Shown in pieces: positions 38,669-47,101 of a DNA stretch of 64,000 nucleotides. This stretch comes from Bdellovibrionales bacterium (GTDB lineage Bacteria; Bdellovibrionota; Bdellovibrionia; Bdellovibrionales; JAGQZY01). The translations under genes were made by a program, and so were the position numbers. Within the stretch, counting starts at the first letter, position 1, and every line of letters starts with the position of its first letter. The notes below the pieces were generated by a model. That model was not told the origin of the DNA and did not search any database. It worked only from the letters and a program-made list of their open reading frames with translations. The stretch lies in the NCBI GenBank assembly GCA_031426555.1, contig JANPLN010000064.1:24931-88930 (forward strand), in the 5' to 3' direction.

Positions 38669-39214
38669 TCAACCCAGTTTGCTGGCATACGCGATGTAAT
38701 TTTTTAGGACCTCACGAAGGCGGTCTTGAGTTGTTAAATCAATGAATTTTCCTTGTGCATCAAAAGCTTCGTGGGCTTTTGCGAGACCGAAACCCTGCGG
38801 ATAAAGATAGCAACCCAGCGACTCCAAGGGTTGCCGAGAATGCAATAATGTTCGGACTCCCGCCATGCCCCCAGGTGTAGCAGCCATCAAAAGAACTGGT
38901 TTTTTATCGAAAGGATGAGGCTTTAACCGCGAAAGCCAGTCGATGGTATTTTCGAGTGGACTCGAAATGGATCCGTTGTATTCCGGGGAAACAACAATCC
39001 ACGCCGCCGCTGATTTTAATTTTGCACCGAGCACATTAACGGCTTCGGGAAACTTTTCAGTTTCGATATCCCCATCGTACACCGGAAGACTGAGAGGTTT
39101 AAGATCAATGAACTCCGCTTGAGTACCCTCTGGCAGAAGATCTTTGGTTGCGAGAAGCAATTTTCTATTGAGAGAATCTTTTCGCAGACTCCCACAGAAC
39201 AACGCAACTTTCAT
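38669..39214 (-). CDS. NADPH-dependent FMN reductase family protein
   Basis: MKVALFCGSLRKDSLNRKLL...IVVSPEYNGSISSPLENTIDWLS. Start ATG 39214 lies 2 nt after the OPT stop; the ORF-track extension to 39361 overlaps the OPT gene. Confidence 0.75.
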   Translation of the reverse strand: MKVALFCGSLRKDSLNRKLLLATKDLLPEGTQAEFIDLKPLSLPVYDGDIETEKFPEAVNVLGAKLKSAAAWIVVSPEYNGSISSPLENTIDWLSRLKPHPFDKKPVLLMAATPGGMAGVRTLLHSRQPLESLGCYLYPQGFGLAKAHEAFDAQGKFIDLTTQDRLREVLKNYIAYASKLG

Positions 39215-39216
39215 AA

Positions 39217-41088
39217 TTACCCCGCTGTCTCGATGATCAACAAGATGATTCCGATGATAGAACCGCCGGCAATAATTCCCGCACCAATGGACTCTTGGTT
39301 TTCGGTGACCGCCTGATAAAACGGCGACCGATTTTGCAAAGGTTTTTTGTTCATCACCCAAAAAATAAAGGCGCCCAAAAACATCATAAACACATCGGTA
39401 AACGACAGTACAAATGGCAAACCAAAAGCCACCGGCGAAATAGGGAATTTTCCGTTGGTTTTTTTAATCAGGATTTCCATACCGATGCCCAAAGCCGCAC
39501 CAATGAGCACAGCGTATTGAGACGTGATGTGGAGCGAAGAAATTCCCACAGACAGTACGTCGGCGATGGCTTTCCACACGATGGCACTGGGCATTGGCAG
39601 TCGGTCTGTGCCAAACGCACTGATATCGCCTTTAAAAATCATATAAAACACGGGAATCGAGACGAGACTTCCCGCAAAGATTCCGATGATGTGTCCCACG
39701 GCCTGCTGTCGAGGTTTTGCGCCCAACATATATCCAGGCTTGATATCCATTAACAAATTGCTGGCGTTTAGACACACGCTAGAGGTCACTCCGGCTGAGG
39801 TGAGATTGGTGGCTAAGTTTCCCGGATCTAGAAGACTGTAAACGGCCTGGGTCATTTTTGCGAGGGCACTGCCCGGCGTGGTCCCCGTAAGGCCTGTGGC
39901 TTTGACCGCCATGATGCTAAAGGCAAAGACCAACGGAATCGACACTGCGGTTAGCCAGTAATCCACTCCGAAAAACGCTTTGCCCATGATAACCACGGCG
40001 AGTCCGACAATAGGAACGCCGATCAAGGACACTGAAAGTGGCAGCTCAATATCTTTAAGAATGTCGATCTTTTTATCAATTTTGGTTTTTTTAAAAAATG
40101 ACTTAAACCCTGCAATGGTGGAGTCGGCTGAGAAAAACGAATATAACGACGCACTCGTCATCATGGAAGCTCCACCCCACAGTGCCCAAATGGAAATATT
40201 TCTAAATCCACCGCCGATGATAATTCCTTTTTTAATCATGATCGGTGCTAAAACTGCATAGTTGAACAAACCACCCAGCAACATTGAAGTCGCCGTCTGC
40301 ATGGACATGATCGTGCCAGCCCCCATCATGACGATGGATGTATCAAAGCGAAGAAGAAGATCCTTCATCGGAGTTCCCAAAATTGTTGGCGTGTAGAATT
40401 TGTAAACGAACTCATCCCAGTAGTGAGGAATGGCCAGGAAAGGTACACCGATTTTTGCGAGCACCGTTTCGCTTCGTAAAAATTCAATCAGGGCAGACAC
40501 TCCCGCACCGGCCGCTAAAAATTTGGCTCTCTGCACGCCCACTTTGGCATCCGAAGAATGTAAGCTTTCAAGCACCACACCCGCCGCGTAACCTTCGGGA
40601 AACGGCAACTGCTCGTCGTTGATAAATCGTTTTTTAAGAGGGAAAGCGAACAGAGTCCCCAGCACCCCCAGCGCCACAACCCAAAAGTAAACTTGCCACT
40701 GAGAAGGAATGGTTTGAGTCGCCAACATGTAAGCAGGAATAGCGGCAATCAAGGGAGATGTCGTGTAGCCAGCGCTGGCCGCGATGGACTGCATGGCATT
40801 GTTTTCGAGGATGGTCATGTCGGTGGCGATTTTTGTTTTAGCTAGCAGTCGAAACATTCCATAGGAGGCCACCACCGCCGTGATCCCAACTCCCAACGTC
40901 CACCCTGTTCGGATTCCAATGTACAAGTTGGTTAAACAGAGAAACATTCCGAGCAAGGCACCGGTGAGTGCCGAGCGCAGGGTGAGCTGGGGCATGTCCC
41001 CTTTGTAAACATTCTTCAACCACCACTCGTCTTTTTGCTGAAGTGTCCAGGTTTTAACTTGCTCTTCGTTGAGTTGCTTTAAAGACAT
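39217..41088 (-). CDS. OPT-family oligopeptide transporter
   Basis: 623 aa with ~16 TM helices. N-terminal LTLRSALTGALLGMFLCLTNLYIGIRTGWTLGVGITA is typical of the OPT family. Confidence 0.8.
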   Translation of the reverse strand: MSLKQLNEEQVKTWTLQQKDEWWLKNVYKGDMPQLTLRSALTGALLGMFLCLTNLYIGIRTGWTLGVGITAVVASYGMFRLLAKTKIATDMTILENNAMQSIAASAGYTTSPLIAAIPAYMLATQTIPSQWQVYFWVVALGVLGTLFAFPLKKRFINDEQLPFPEGYAAGVVLESLHSSDAKVGVQRAKFLAAGAGVSALIEFLRSETVLAKIGVPFLAIPHYWDEFVYKFYTPTILGTPMKDLLLRFDTSIVMMGAGTIMSMQTATSMLLGGLFNYAVLAPIMIKKGIIIGGGFRNISIWALWGGASMMTSASLYSFFSADSTIAGFKSFFKKTKIDKKIDILKDIELPLSVSLIGVPIVGLAVVIMGKAFFGVDYWLTAVSIPLVFAFSIMAVKATGLTGTTPGSALAKMTQAVYSLLDPGNLATNLTSAGVTSSVCLNASNLLMDIKPGYMLGAKPRQQAVGHIIGIFAGSLVSIPVFYMIFKGDISAFGTDRLPMPSAIVWKAIADVLSVGISSLHITSQYAVLIGAALGIGMEILIKKTNGKFPISPVAFGLPFVLSFTDVFMMFLGAFIFWVMNKKPLQNRSPFYQAVTENQESIGAGIIAGGSIIGIILLIIETAG

Positions 41089-41119
41089 GGGATCCTTTGG
41101 CTCTGATTATTTTGTGCAA

Positions 41120-41728
41120 TTATTTGCTACAGTTTTCGACGATTTCGGTGGTGAGGCTGAGAGATACGGCCGACCAGGTTTTTGATTTTCCATCGGAACC
41201 TTTGTGAAGGTCATAACAAACTTTGTTAATCGACTCGAGGGGCTTTTTCATTTTAAAGTCCATGATATCGATGTCGGTTTCGGCCACATATTTTGCTCCT
41301 TCGATTTTCATGCGAAAAGGTACAACCTTGCTTATGCCGTTCATATCGATTTTGATTTTACTAATAGCAGGGCTATAGGAAACGATCTGTCCTTTGATTT
41401 TGGTGCCGATCACTTTTTTGAAAAAGAATTTCTTGAGGTTGTCATTGCGACCAGGGTCGCCCGACTCTAAGCCCTGGGGATCGATTTCGATGGACGTTTT
41501 TTCGAAAAGCTCTTGAGCGCTGTTGGCTGTAGGGGGCGCATCCAAGGTGAACACGGGAAAGCTGGCAAGCACGCCCTTCTTTTCGGTGAACTTGTACGCT
41601 GTCCACTCAATTTTGAGAGCGTCTGGCTTATAGGAATAAGTGCATGTGGTGCTGGTTGGCGACTGGGCAGAGATTGTAAGAGAAAAAAACAAAACCGCTG
41701 TGAACACTGAGGACCTCCATTGTAACAA
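41120..41728 (-). CDS. YceI-like periplasmic lipid/polyisoprenoid-binding family protein
   Basis: Signal peptide. IEIDPQGLESGDPGRNDNLKKFFF resembles the YceI S-x-TG-x3-RD-x-HL-x3-FF block. Confidence 0.45.
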   Translation of the reverse strand: MLQWRSSVFTAVLFFSLTISAQSPTSTTCTYSYKPDALKIEWTAYKFTEKKGVLASFPVFTLDAPPTANSAQELFEKTSIEIDPQGLESGDPGRNDNLKKFFFKKVIGTKIKGQIVSYSPAISKIKIDMNGISKVVPFRMKIEGAKYVAETDIDIMDFKMKKPLESINKVCYDLHKGSDGKSKTWSAVSLSLTTEIVENCSK

Positions 41729-41769
41729 TGAAGGCCATGGTATTAAAATCTCAGATTCTTAGCAACTGC

Positions 41770-43671
41770 TTATGAAGATCTGACGAGCTTTTTCGTCCAG
41801 GTTGAGATCGATGAGCACTGAGTTTCAGCGATGTCGCAGAACTGCACCCCGTAGGATTTGCGTTCCTGACTCCACACCACTTTACCAAGCACTTGAACTC
41901 GCTCTTTGCCATCGGGACTCATGATGTTCATTTCAACGATTCCACCCTGCTCAAGCAATGCTTCCGTATCAATCTTCACGCCACCAAGCGAAATGGAACT
42001 GACAGAGCCGACAAGCTCTTTGTCGCCAACGCTGATGCGCACTTCTGATTTGATATTATAACGCTGATACGCTCGGCGATCGTCTTCTTCTTTGCGACGC
42101 ATTTTAAGTACAAATGCCACAGCGAAGGGGCTCAACACGATCAGCATCAATAGTCCGCGACCGGCAATGTCCGCTGATGACTCGCCAGAGATTTGCTTAA
42201 CAAGTCCGCAACCACCGCTGGCACCGCCCTCGGAGGCCACACTGCGGCTGGCAGTATAATCTGGCTGAGAGGTACTGATCGCGTTGTTTTTAGCATAGGT
42301 TACCGCTTTGAAAACATTCACACGGGCGTTTGTTGTGACTTTGCCATTCACATTCCCCACATTCGAATCGTTCTGGGCGTAGAGAATTTGCCCCGCCTGA
42401 TAGCCGTTAATTTCTTGACCCGCTTCGCGCTCCATTAGCGCAATAATTCCAGCCACCAGTGGCGCCGCCATGCTGGTTCCAGAGGCGTATGCATAACTGT
42501 TGTTTGGCAATGTACTTAAAATACCAACCCCGGGGCTGGCGATATCAACTGTCGAGCGTCCGAAGTTTGAAAAGCTCGCCATGGTGTCGCTGTCACTGGT
42601 AGCTGCGATGGATATTAGATTTCCCACGGAATAGTTTGAAGGATAGGTGGGACTGTTATCGTTATTATTACTGGCGTTTCCTGCAGCGGCAACAAAGGTC
42701 AGACCGTTGGCATAAGCCTCAACAATGGCATCTAGCAAAGCGGCACTATAACTACCGCCGCCCCAAGAGGCATTGATCACAGAAGCGCCGTTTTCGATGG
42801 CGTAATAGATAGCTTCGATGGCGTCGGAGGTGGCGCCACTGCCTGTGCTGTCCAAAAACTTCAGCGGCATGATCTTAATTTTAGCCGGCGTAAGTGTCAT
42901 TGCAAAAATATCCTGAGTGACACCAAGGATAATTCCCGACACGTGGGTTCCATGGTCTTCGTCGTCCATGGGATTGTTGTTGTTCGCTACAAAATTCCAA
43001 CCGCGAATGTCGTCGATATATCCATTGTGATCATCGTCAATTCCATTGCTTGCGATCTCATCGGTGTTTCGCCAAACGGCATTGGCATCCACAAAAATTT
43101 CGTGATTATAATCCAAGCCAGTATCGATCACTGCCACCACGGGCACAACGGATGAGGTTGGCGCTAAAATATTCCAAGCCTGTTCCACTTGAATCGCAGC
43201 GTCCGATTGATAATAAGTGGGCACGGTAAATGACGTCACACCCGAAGCGCTAATTGAATTCAAGGCTTCGGATTTTGAAAACTTATTACTCTCCAACCCT
43301 GCGCTTTGTTTCCTAAATATGTAATTTGGCTCCGCGTACTCCACGTTTGGATCGGCACGCAGCTGTTGCAAAAGCTGTTCAACGTTTTGTTGCCCCGCTT
43401 TTGCTTGAAAATGATGGGTATTTAAAAGATTCCAAGATTTTTTAAGATTCACACTCAAGCCTATGGCTTTGCTACTAAAACTCGCACTGCCCGCCTGTTC
43501 TTTTTTAAACTTAACAATCACTTCGCCAGGAACGTATTCTTGAGCCTGTGCCAAGCTTGAAGCCAACAAAAGCGCGCACCAAATCGTTGCAATGTAACTA
43601 CAAAATATAGGCAAAATACACCCCTTGCTGTACTTAGATCCTATCGGTTGAACGAAAAAAAAATAAAGCAA
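41770..43671 (-). CDS. Secreted S8 subtilisin-family protease with a C-terminal TM anchor and cytoplasmic PilZ domain
   Basis: Catalytic motifs VAVIDTGLDYNH, HGTHVSGII, AAAGNAS, GTSMAAPLVAGIIAL. TM LLMLIVLSPFAVAFVL followed by KMRRKEEDD. PilZ motifs RRAYQR (RxxxR) and SISLGG ((D/N/S)xSxxG). No ATG start; TTG candidates at 43671 and 43614 (the latter with AAGGGG upstream). Confidence 0.8.
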   Translation of the reverse strand: MLYFFFVQPIGSKYSKGCILPIFCSYIATIWCALLLASSLAQAQEYVPGEVIVKFKKEQAGSASFSSKAIGLSVNLKKSWNLLNTHHFQAKAGQQNVEQLLQQLRADPNVEYAEPNYIFRKQSAGLESNKFSKSEALNSISASGVTSFTVPTYYQSDAAIQVEQAWNILAPTSSVVPVVAVIDTGLDYNHEIFVDANAVWRNTDEIASNGIDDDHNGYIDDIRGWNFVANNNNPMDDEDHGTHVSGIILGVTQDIFAMTLTPAKIKIMPLKFLDSTGSGATSDAIEAIYYAIENGASVINASWGGGSYSAALLDAIVEAYANGLTFVAAAGNASNNNDNSPTYPSNYSVGNLISIAATSDSDTMASFSNFGRSTVDIASPGVGILSTLPNNSYAYASGTSMAAPLVAGIIALMEREAGQEINGYQAGQILYAQNDSNVGNVNGKVTTNARVNVFKAVTYAKNNAISTSQPDYTASRSVASEGGASGGCGLVKQISGESSADIAGRGLLMLIVLSPFAVAFVLKMRRKEEDDRRAYQRYNIKSEVRISVGDKELVGSVSSISLGGVKIDTEALLEQGGIVEMNIMSPDGKERVQVLGKVVWSQERKSYGVQFCDIAETQCSSISTWTKKLVRSS

Positions 43672-43740
43672 CTAAGGGAATCTTTGCCCCTTTCACGACC
43701 GATTCTCAACTTGAGACAATTGCGGCATCTCATGATGAAA

Positions 43741-43901
43741 CCATTTTTACTTTTTTATATATTTTCCCTTTTTTTAGAATGTTAAAAATAGGACGCGGGC
43801 ATCGTGCCCTCAACCGCACAGTCTTACGCCATCCTGGCGCTGCGGAGGTCCTATTTTCAACATTCTAAAAAATGGAAAAATATATAAAAAAGCAAAAATG
43901 G
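43741..43901 (-). ncRNA. Structured element E1: 54-bp imperfect stem enclosing a 53-nt GC-rich two-hairpin core (unassigned family)
   Basis: Arms 43741-43794 / 43848-43901 are complementary at 50/54 positions. Core 43795-43847. 3 of the 4 stem mismatches are G:U on the minus-strand transcript. Lies 70 nt upstream of the S8-PilZ ORF. Confidence 0.45.
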
Positions 43902-43993
43902 CCCACTTGCACCCGGAATGCTGAAAGTTATCTTGCGTTTACTTTATGATGTTGCAGTTCATGTGCTGGTATCGATTGCGGGATTTGTGAAGA

Positions 43994-44140
43994 TTGATTT
44001 TTACTTTGGGTTCAGTTTCCGAAAACTTACTAAATGGGACCTCTGCAGCGCCAGGATGGCGTACGACTCTGCAGTTGAGGGCACGATGCCCGCGTCCTAT
44101 TTAGTGAGTTTTTGGAAACTGAACCCAAAGTAAAAATTAA
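43994..44140 (+). ncRNA. Structured element E2: 47-bp imperfect stem enclosing the same core in inverted orientation
   Basis: Arms 43994-44040 / 44094-44140 are complementary at 43/47 positions. Core 44041-44093 is the reverse complement of the E1 core (49/53). All 4 stem mismatches are G:U on the plus-strand transcript. Confidence 0.45.
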
Positions 44141-44188
44141 AGTTTATAAATCTCGCGCGGCACACTCTCGTGTGCCTGCTGAGGTTAT

Positions 44189-45670
44189 CTATTGAGAAAT
44201 GACTTTTTCGTTGATTGTGATGGAGGCAGTTTTGCGCAGCTGATCCATCCAGCCCTGAAACGACTCGTAGGATTTTTGTCGATCCATGATTTGTTTGAAG
44301 TAATCCATGGGCTGATCTTTTTTCGCTGTTGCTACTGGCGAAGCATCAACGCTCTTCAACTTTACAAGATAGTAACTACCATCTTTTTCCACCACGTTTT
44401 TGTAAACGGGGTTTTGTGGAGTTAGGGTGAGTGCTGCGGTTAACACTTCGTTATTATCTCCCAGCTTGGGCACCATCATATCGCCTAAACCAAAGGCGCC
44501 GGTTTCTTCCCACGTCCAACCCTTTTGTGCAAGGAAGGCGTCAACGTTTCCAGAAGAGAGTTTTTCGTTGATGTTTTTAACAGCGTCTTGTTTCTTATCC
44601 TGTTTGATAAGAGTCTTAGCCACTTCTTTTTTTACGGCTTCGAGCGATGGTGCTGTGGCATCGCGCTTTTCGTTGACCATCAAAATGTGGTAACCAAAAG
44701 ACGACTTGAAAGGCTTCGAGATCACTCCAATAGGTGAGGAGAATGCCACTTGATCAAATTCCGGCACCATGCGACCGCGCTCAAAAAATCCTAAATCTCC
44801 GCCTGTGGCTTTAGAACCAGGGTCTTCCGTCCATTTTTTTGCCATTTCAGTGAAGTTTTCTTTTTTAACCTGGGCCGCGATTTCGGTGATTTTGGCCATG
44901 GCCTTTTCGTCGGTCATTTGCGGTGAAGTTTTAATTAAAATATGTTGCGCGCGAACACCTTCTTTTTGCTGAAACGTGGCTTTGTTATTTTCGTAATAGT
45001 CGCCGATTTTTTTCGCTTGCGAACTCAAGTAGTCGGTAACTTCTTTGTCGTTGATGTCTGCATCAGAAACTAAATCTTGTGGTGCCTTTTTGATAAATTG
45101 CACATTGAGCTTCACTTTAGAAACCACATCCTCTTGCTTTTCGATGAGATCGCTGTCGGTGGAGCTCTTTTGATAGAATTCATTCATTTTTTGCACGAGC
45201 ATATCTTCGACGATTTGCTCCTCAAAACGCCCTTCGCTTAGACCTTGAGCGCGCAGCAGTTCTTTATAACGAAGTACCGAGAAAACACCCTTGTCCTGAA
45301 ACTGCGGAATTTGTCGTAAAAACTCGCGAATCTCTTCGTCGCCCACCACAATACCCTGATTTTTAGCGGCCTGAATGATCAACTTGCGGTTCACCAGACT
45401 GTCCACCACTTCGCGATTGAGTCGCTTGCGCTCTTCGTCCGACATTTTTGCAGCTCCACGGCTCTCTTGGACGCGATCGAGATAACGTGAAAACTCAGTG
45501 TAGCTGATGGTTTCGCCGTTGACCTGCGCCACAGACGAGCCCGACCCCATGAAATCCACATCTGGCGAGTAGCCAACAAACAAGAAGATGAAGCACACCA
45601 AAATGAGCAGCAACCAACCTGCGATGTTGAAGATCGGATTTTTTCTTTTCTTATAAATGCCTTCGAACAC
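44189..45670 (-). CDS. ppiD: Periplasmic chaperone / parvulin-type peptidyl-prolyl isomerase PpiD-like
   Basis: N-terminal TM anchor, SurA_N-like region, PpiC domain (VRAQHILIK...GGDLGFFERGRMVPEFDQVAFS...SSFGYHILMV). Confidence 0.7.
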   Translation of the reverse strand: MFEGIYKKRKNPIFNIAGWLLLILVCFIFLFVGYSPDVDFMGSGSSVAQVNGETISYTEFSRYLDRVQESRGAAKMSDEERKRLNREVVDSLVNRKLIIQAAKNQGIVVGDEEIREFLRQIPQFQDKGVFSVLRYKELLRAQGLSEGRFEEQIVEDMLVQKMNEFYQKSSTDSDLIEKQEDVVSKVKLNVQFIKKAPQDLVSDADINDKEVTDYLSSQAKKIGDYYENNKATFQQKEGVRAQHILIKTSPQMTDEKAMAKITEIAAQVKKENFTEMAKKWTEDPGSKATGGDLGFFERGRMVPEFDQVAFSSPIGVISKPFKSSFGYHILMVNEKRDATAPSLEAVKKEVAKTLIKQDKKQDAVKNINEKLSSGNVDAFLAQKGWTWEETGAFGLGDMMVPKLGDNNEVLTAALTLTPQNPVYKNVVEKDGSYYLVKLKSVDASPVATAKKDQPMDYFKQIMDRQKSYESFQGWMDQLRKTASITINEKVISQ

Positions 45671-45770
45671 GAGTCCTCCTAGGAATCAAACCGCCCATTA
45701 CAAAATTTTTCCGCTTTTTTTTCAAGGAGAATTGTTGATATCAAAGAAGTTTTTGTTATTGTAATGAGGA

Positions 45771-46586
45771 ATGGAATTTCTTCGACTCGATTTTCGAAAA
45801 TTAGTCTCTATCGCCGCTTTTTTAAGCGTTTGCGTCCTAATTTATACACTGCAACAGTCTTTTGGGCCGGCCGACAACGCCATGGCTCCCAACTTTTTAA
45901 CGGCGAGGATTCAACCTTATTACAACACGGCTGCTGAATCTATTGGCAAAACCGTTCGCCAGTATGTGGATCTTCTTTCGATCAAGGAGCAATTGCAGAC
46001 TCTGAAAGCCGAAAATCAAACACTGCACGCTCAACTGCAGGTTCTCGAGGAGATTCGCTCTGAAAACGAACGCCTCAAAAGCATCTTCAATTTGCGCGAC
46101 ACCCACCCTAAATACGATTTTGTGATCGCAAAAGTAACGGCAAAAGATCTTTTTACCGATCACTACTCTCTCACGATCTCCAAAGGCTCCGAAGACGGTA
46201 TCGAAAAACTCAGTGGTGTGATCACCGGCGACGGCGTGGTGGGTTATATCGTTGACGTGCAAGCCCACTCGTCCCGACTCTTGCTGGTCAGTGATCGTTT
46301 AATTAGTATCGATTCCACGGTGCAACGAACTCGGGGCCGTGGAATCATCTCCGGCCACTCGCGAAATGAATCTGTGCTTAAGTTTATTGATCGCCCCCAG
46401 GACATCGCTCCGGGAGATCTGATCGCGACGAGTGATGATCAAAAAATGTTTCCGATTGGTTACCCCATCGGCAATGTGGTTTCGGTGCGAGTGAGTCCCT
46501 TTGGAGTGGGTCATACAGCGCTGGTTCACCCCATTGTCGATTTGCGAAAACTCGATGAAGTGATCGTGCTCCGGGTGAAAAAATGA
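45771..46586 (+). CDS. mreC: Rod shape-determining protein MreC
   Basis: TM, coiled coil (LKAENQTLHAQLQVLEE..ENERLK), beta domains (GVITGDGVVGYIVDV...SRLLLVSD; FPIGYPIG). Confidence 0.85.
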   Translation: MEFLRLDFRKLVSIAAFLSVCVLIYTLQQSFGPADNAMAPNFLTARIQPYYNTAAESIGKTVRQYVDLLSIKEQLQTLKAENQTLHAQLQVLEEIRSENERLKSIFNLRDTHPKYDFVIAKVTAKDLFTDHYSLTISKGSEDGIEKLSGVITGDGVVGYIVDVQAHSSRLLLVSDRLISIDSTVQRTRGRGIISGHSRNESVLKFIDRPQDIAPGDLIATSDDQKMFPIGYPIGNVVSVRVSPFGVGHTALVHPIVDLRKLDEVIVLRVKK

Positions 46587-47101
46587 TGCGCACACAGCGA
46601 TTTTTCCTTTTTTTGCTGCTCATTGTGTCGTGTTTTCTTTTTGAAACAACGATTTGGTTTTCGTGGGTGGGATACATTCCCTCTCCCAATCTTTGGACTC
46701 CGGTTTTGGTTTACTTGATTATCAATCGAGAACACCCACGGCGCCTGGGTTGGCTCGCGACATTTTACATACTTCTCCTGACCTGCACCGTCGCCTTACC
46801 TCTGCAAACGTTGCTAGCCCTTTGTGCCACGTTAGTTATTTTGCGATTCGTGCAAACAAACTTTTCGACACTGAGTATTTTTGACCTCGTGCTATTTAGC
46901 TCTGGGGCCATGTTTACCTTCCCGGTGCTCTATAGCGCCATGGATTTTATGATCACGTCGGAATTCCATTTCGATTTTCTATTTCACTTTCTTTCGCTGT
47001 TGATATCGTTTCCGCTGATTCCAGGAGTCCTTTTGTTGTGTCGAAAAATTGATACGTCATTTTCTCCTCACTCTTACAACAACTTGGTACTTGAGATATG
47101 A
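46583..47101 (+). CDS. mreD: Rod shape-determining protein MreD
   Basis: 172 aa polytopic membrane protein. 4-nt overlaps with mreC and mrdA. Confidence 0.65.
   Translation: MMRTQRFFLFLLLIVSCFLFETTIWFSWVGYIPSPNLWTPVLVYLIINREHPRRLGWLATFYILLLTCTVALPLQTLLALCATLVILRFVQTNFSTLSIFDLVLFSSGAMFTFPVLYSAMDFMITSEFHFDFLFHFLSLLISFPLIPGVLLLCRKIDTSFSPHSYNNLVLEI

Noticed and set aside
43918-44133. 71-aa plus-strand ORF in the ppiD / S8-PilZ gap.
   Set aside because: It is largely made of the two arms and core of palindromic element E2, has no SD and has odd composition. It is most likely a by-product of the inverted repeat.
43741-44140. E1/E2 interpreted as integron attC sites, retron msr/msd, or IS200/IS605-type hairpin ends.
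   Set aside because: The window contains no intI, reverse transcriptase, TnpA/TnpB or any transposase. The arm termini lack the RYYYAAC/GTTRRRY core sites. The possibility of a non-autonomous mobile element remains open and is listed as a refutation test.
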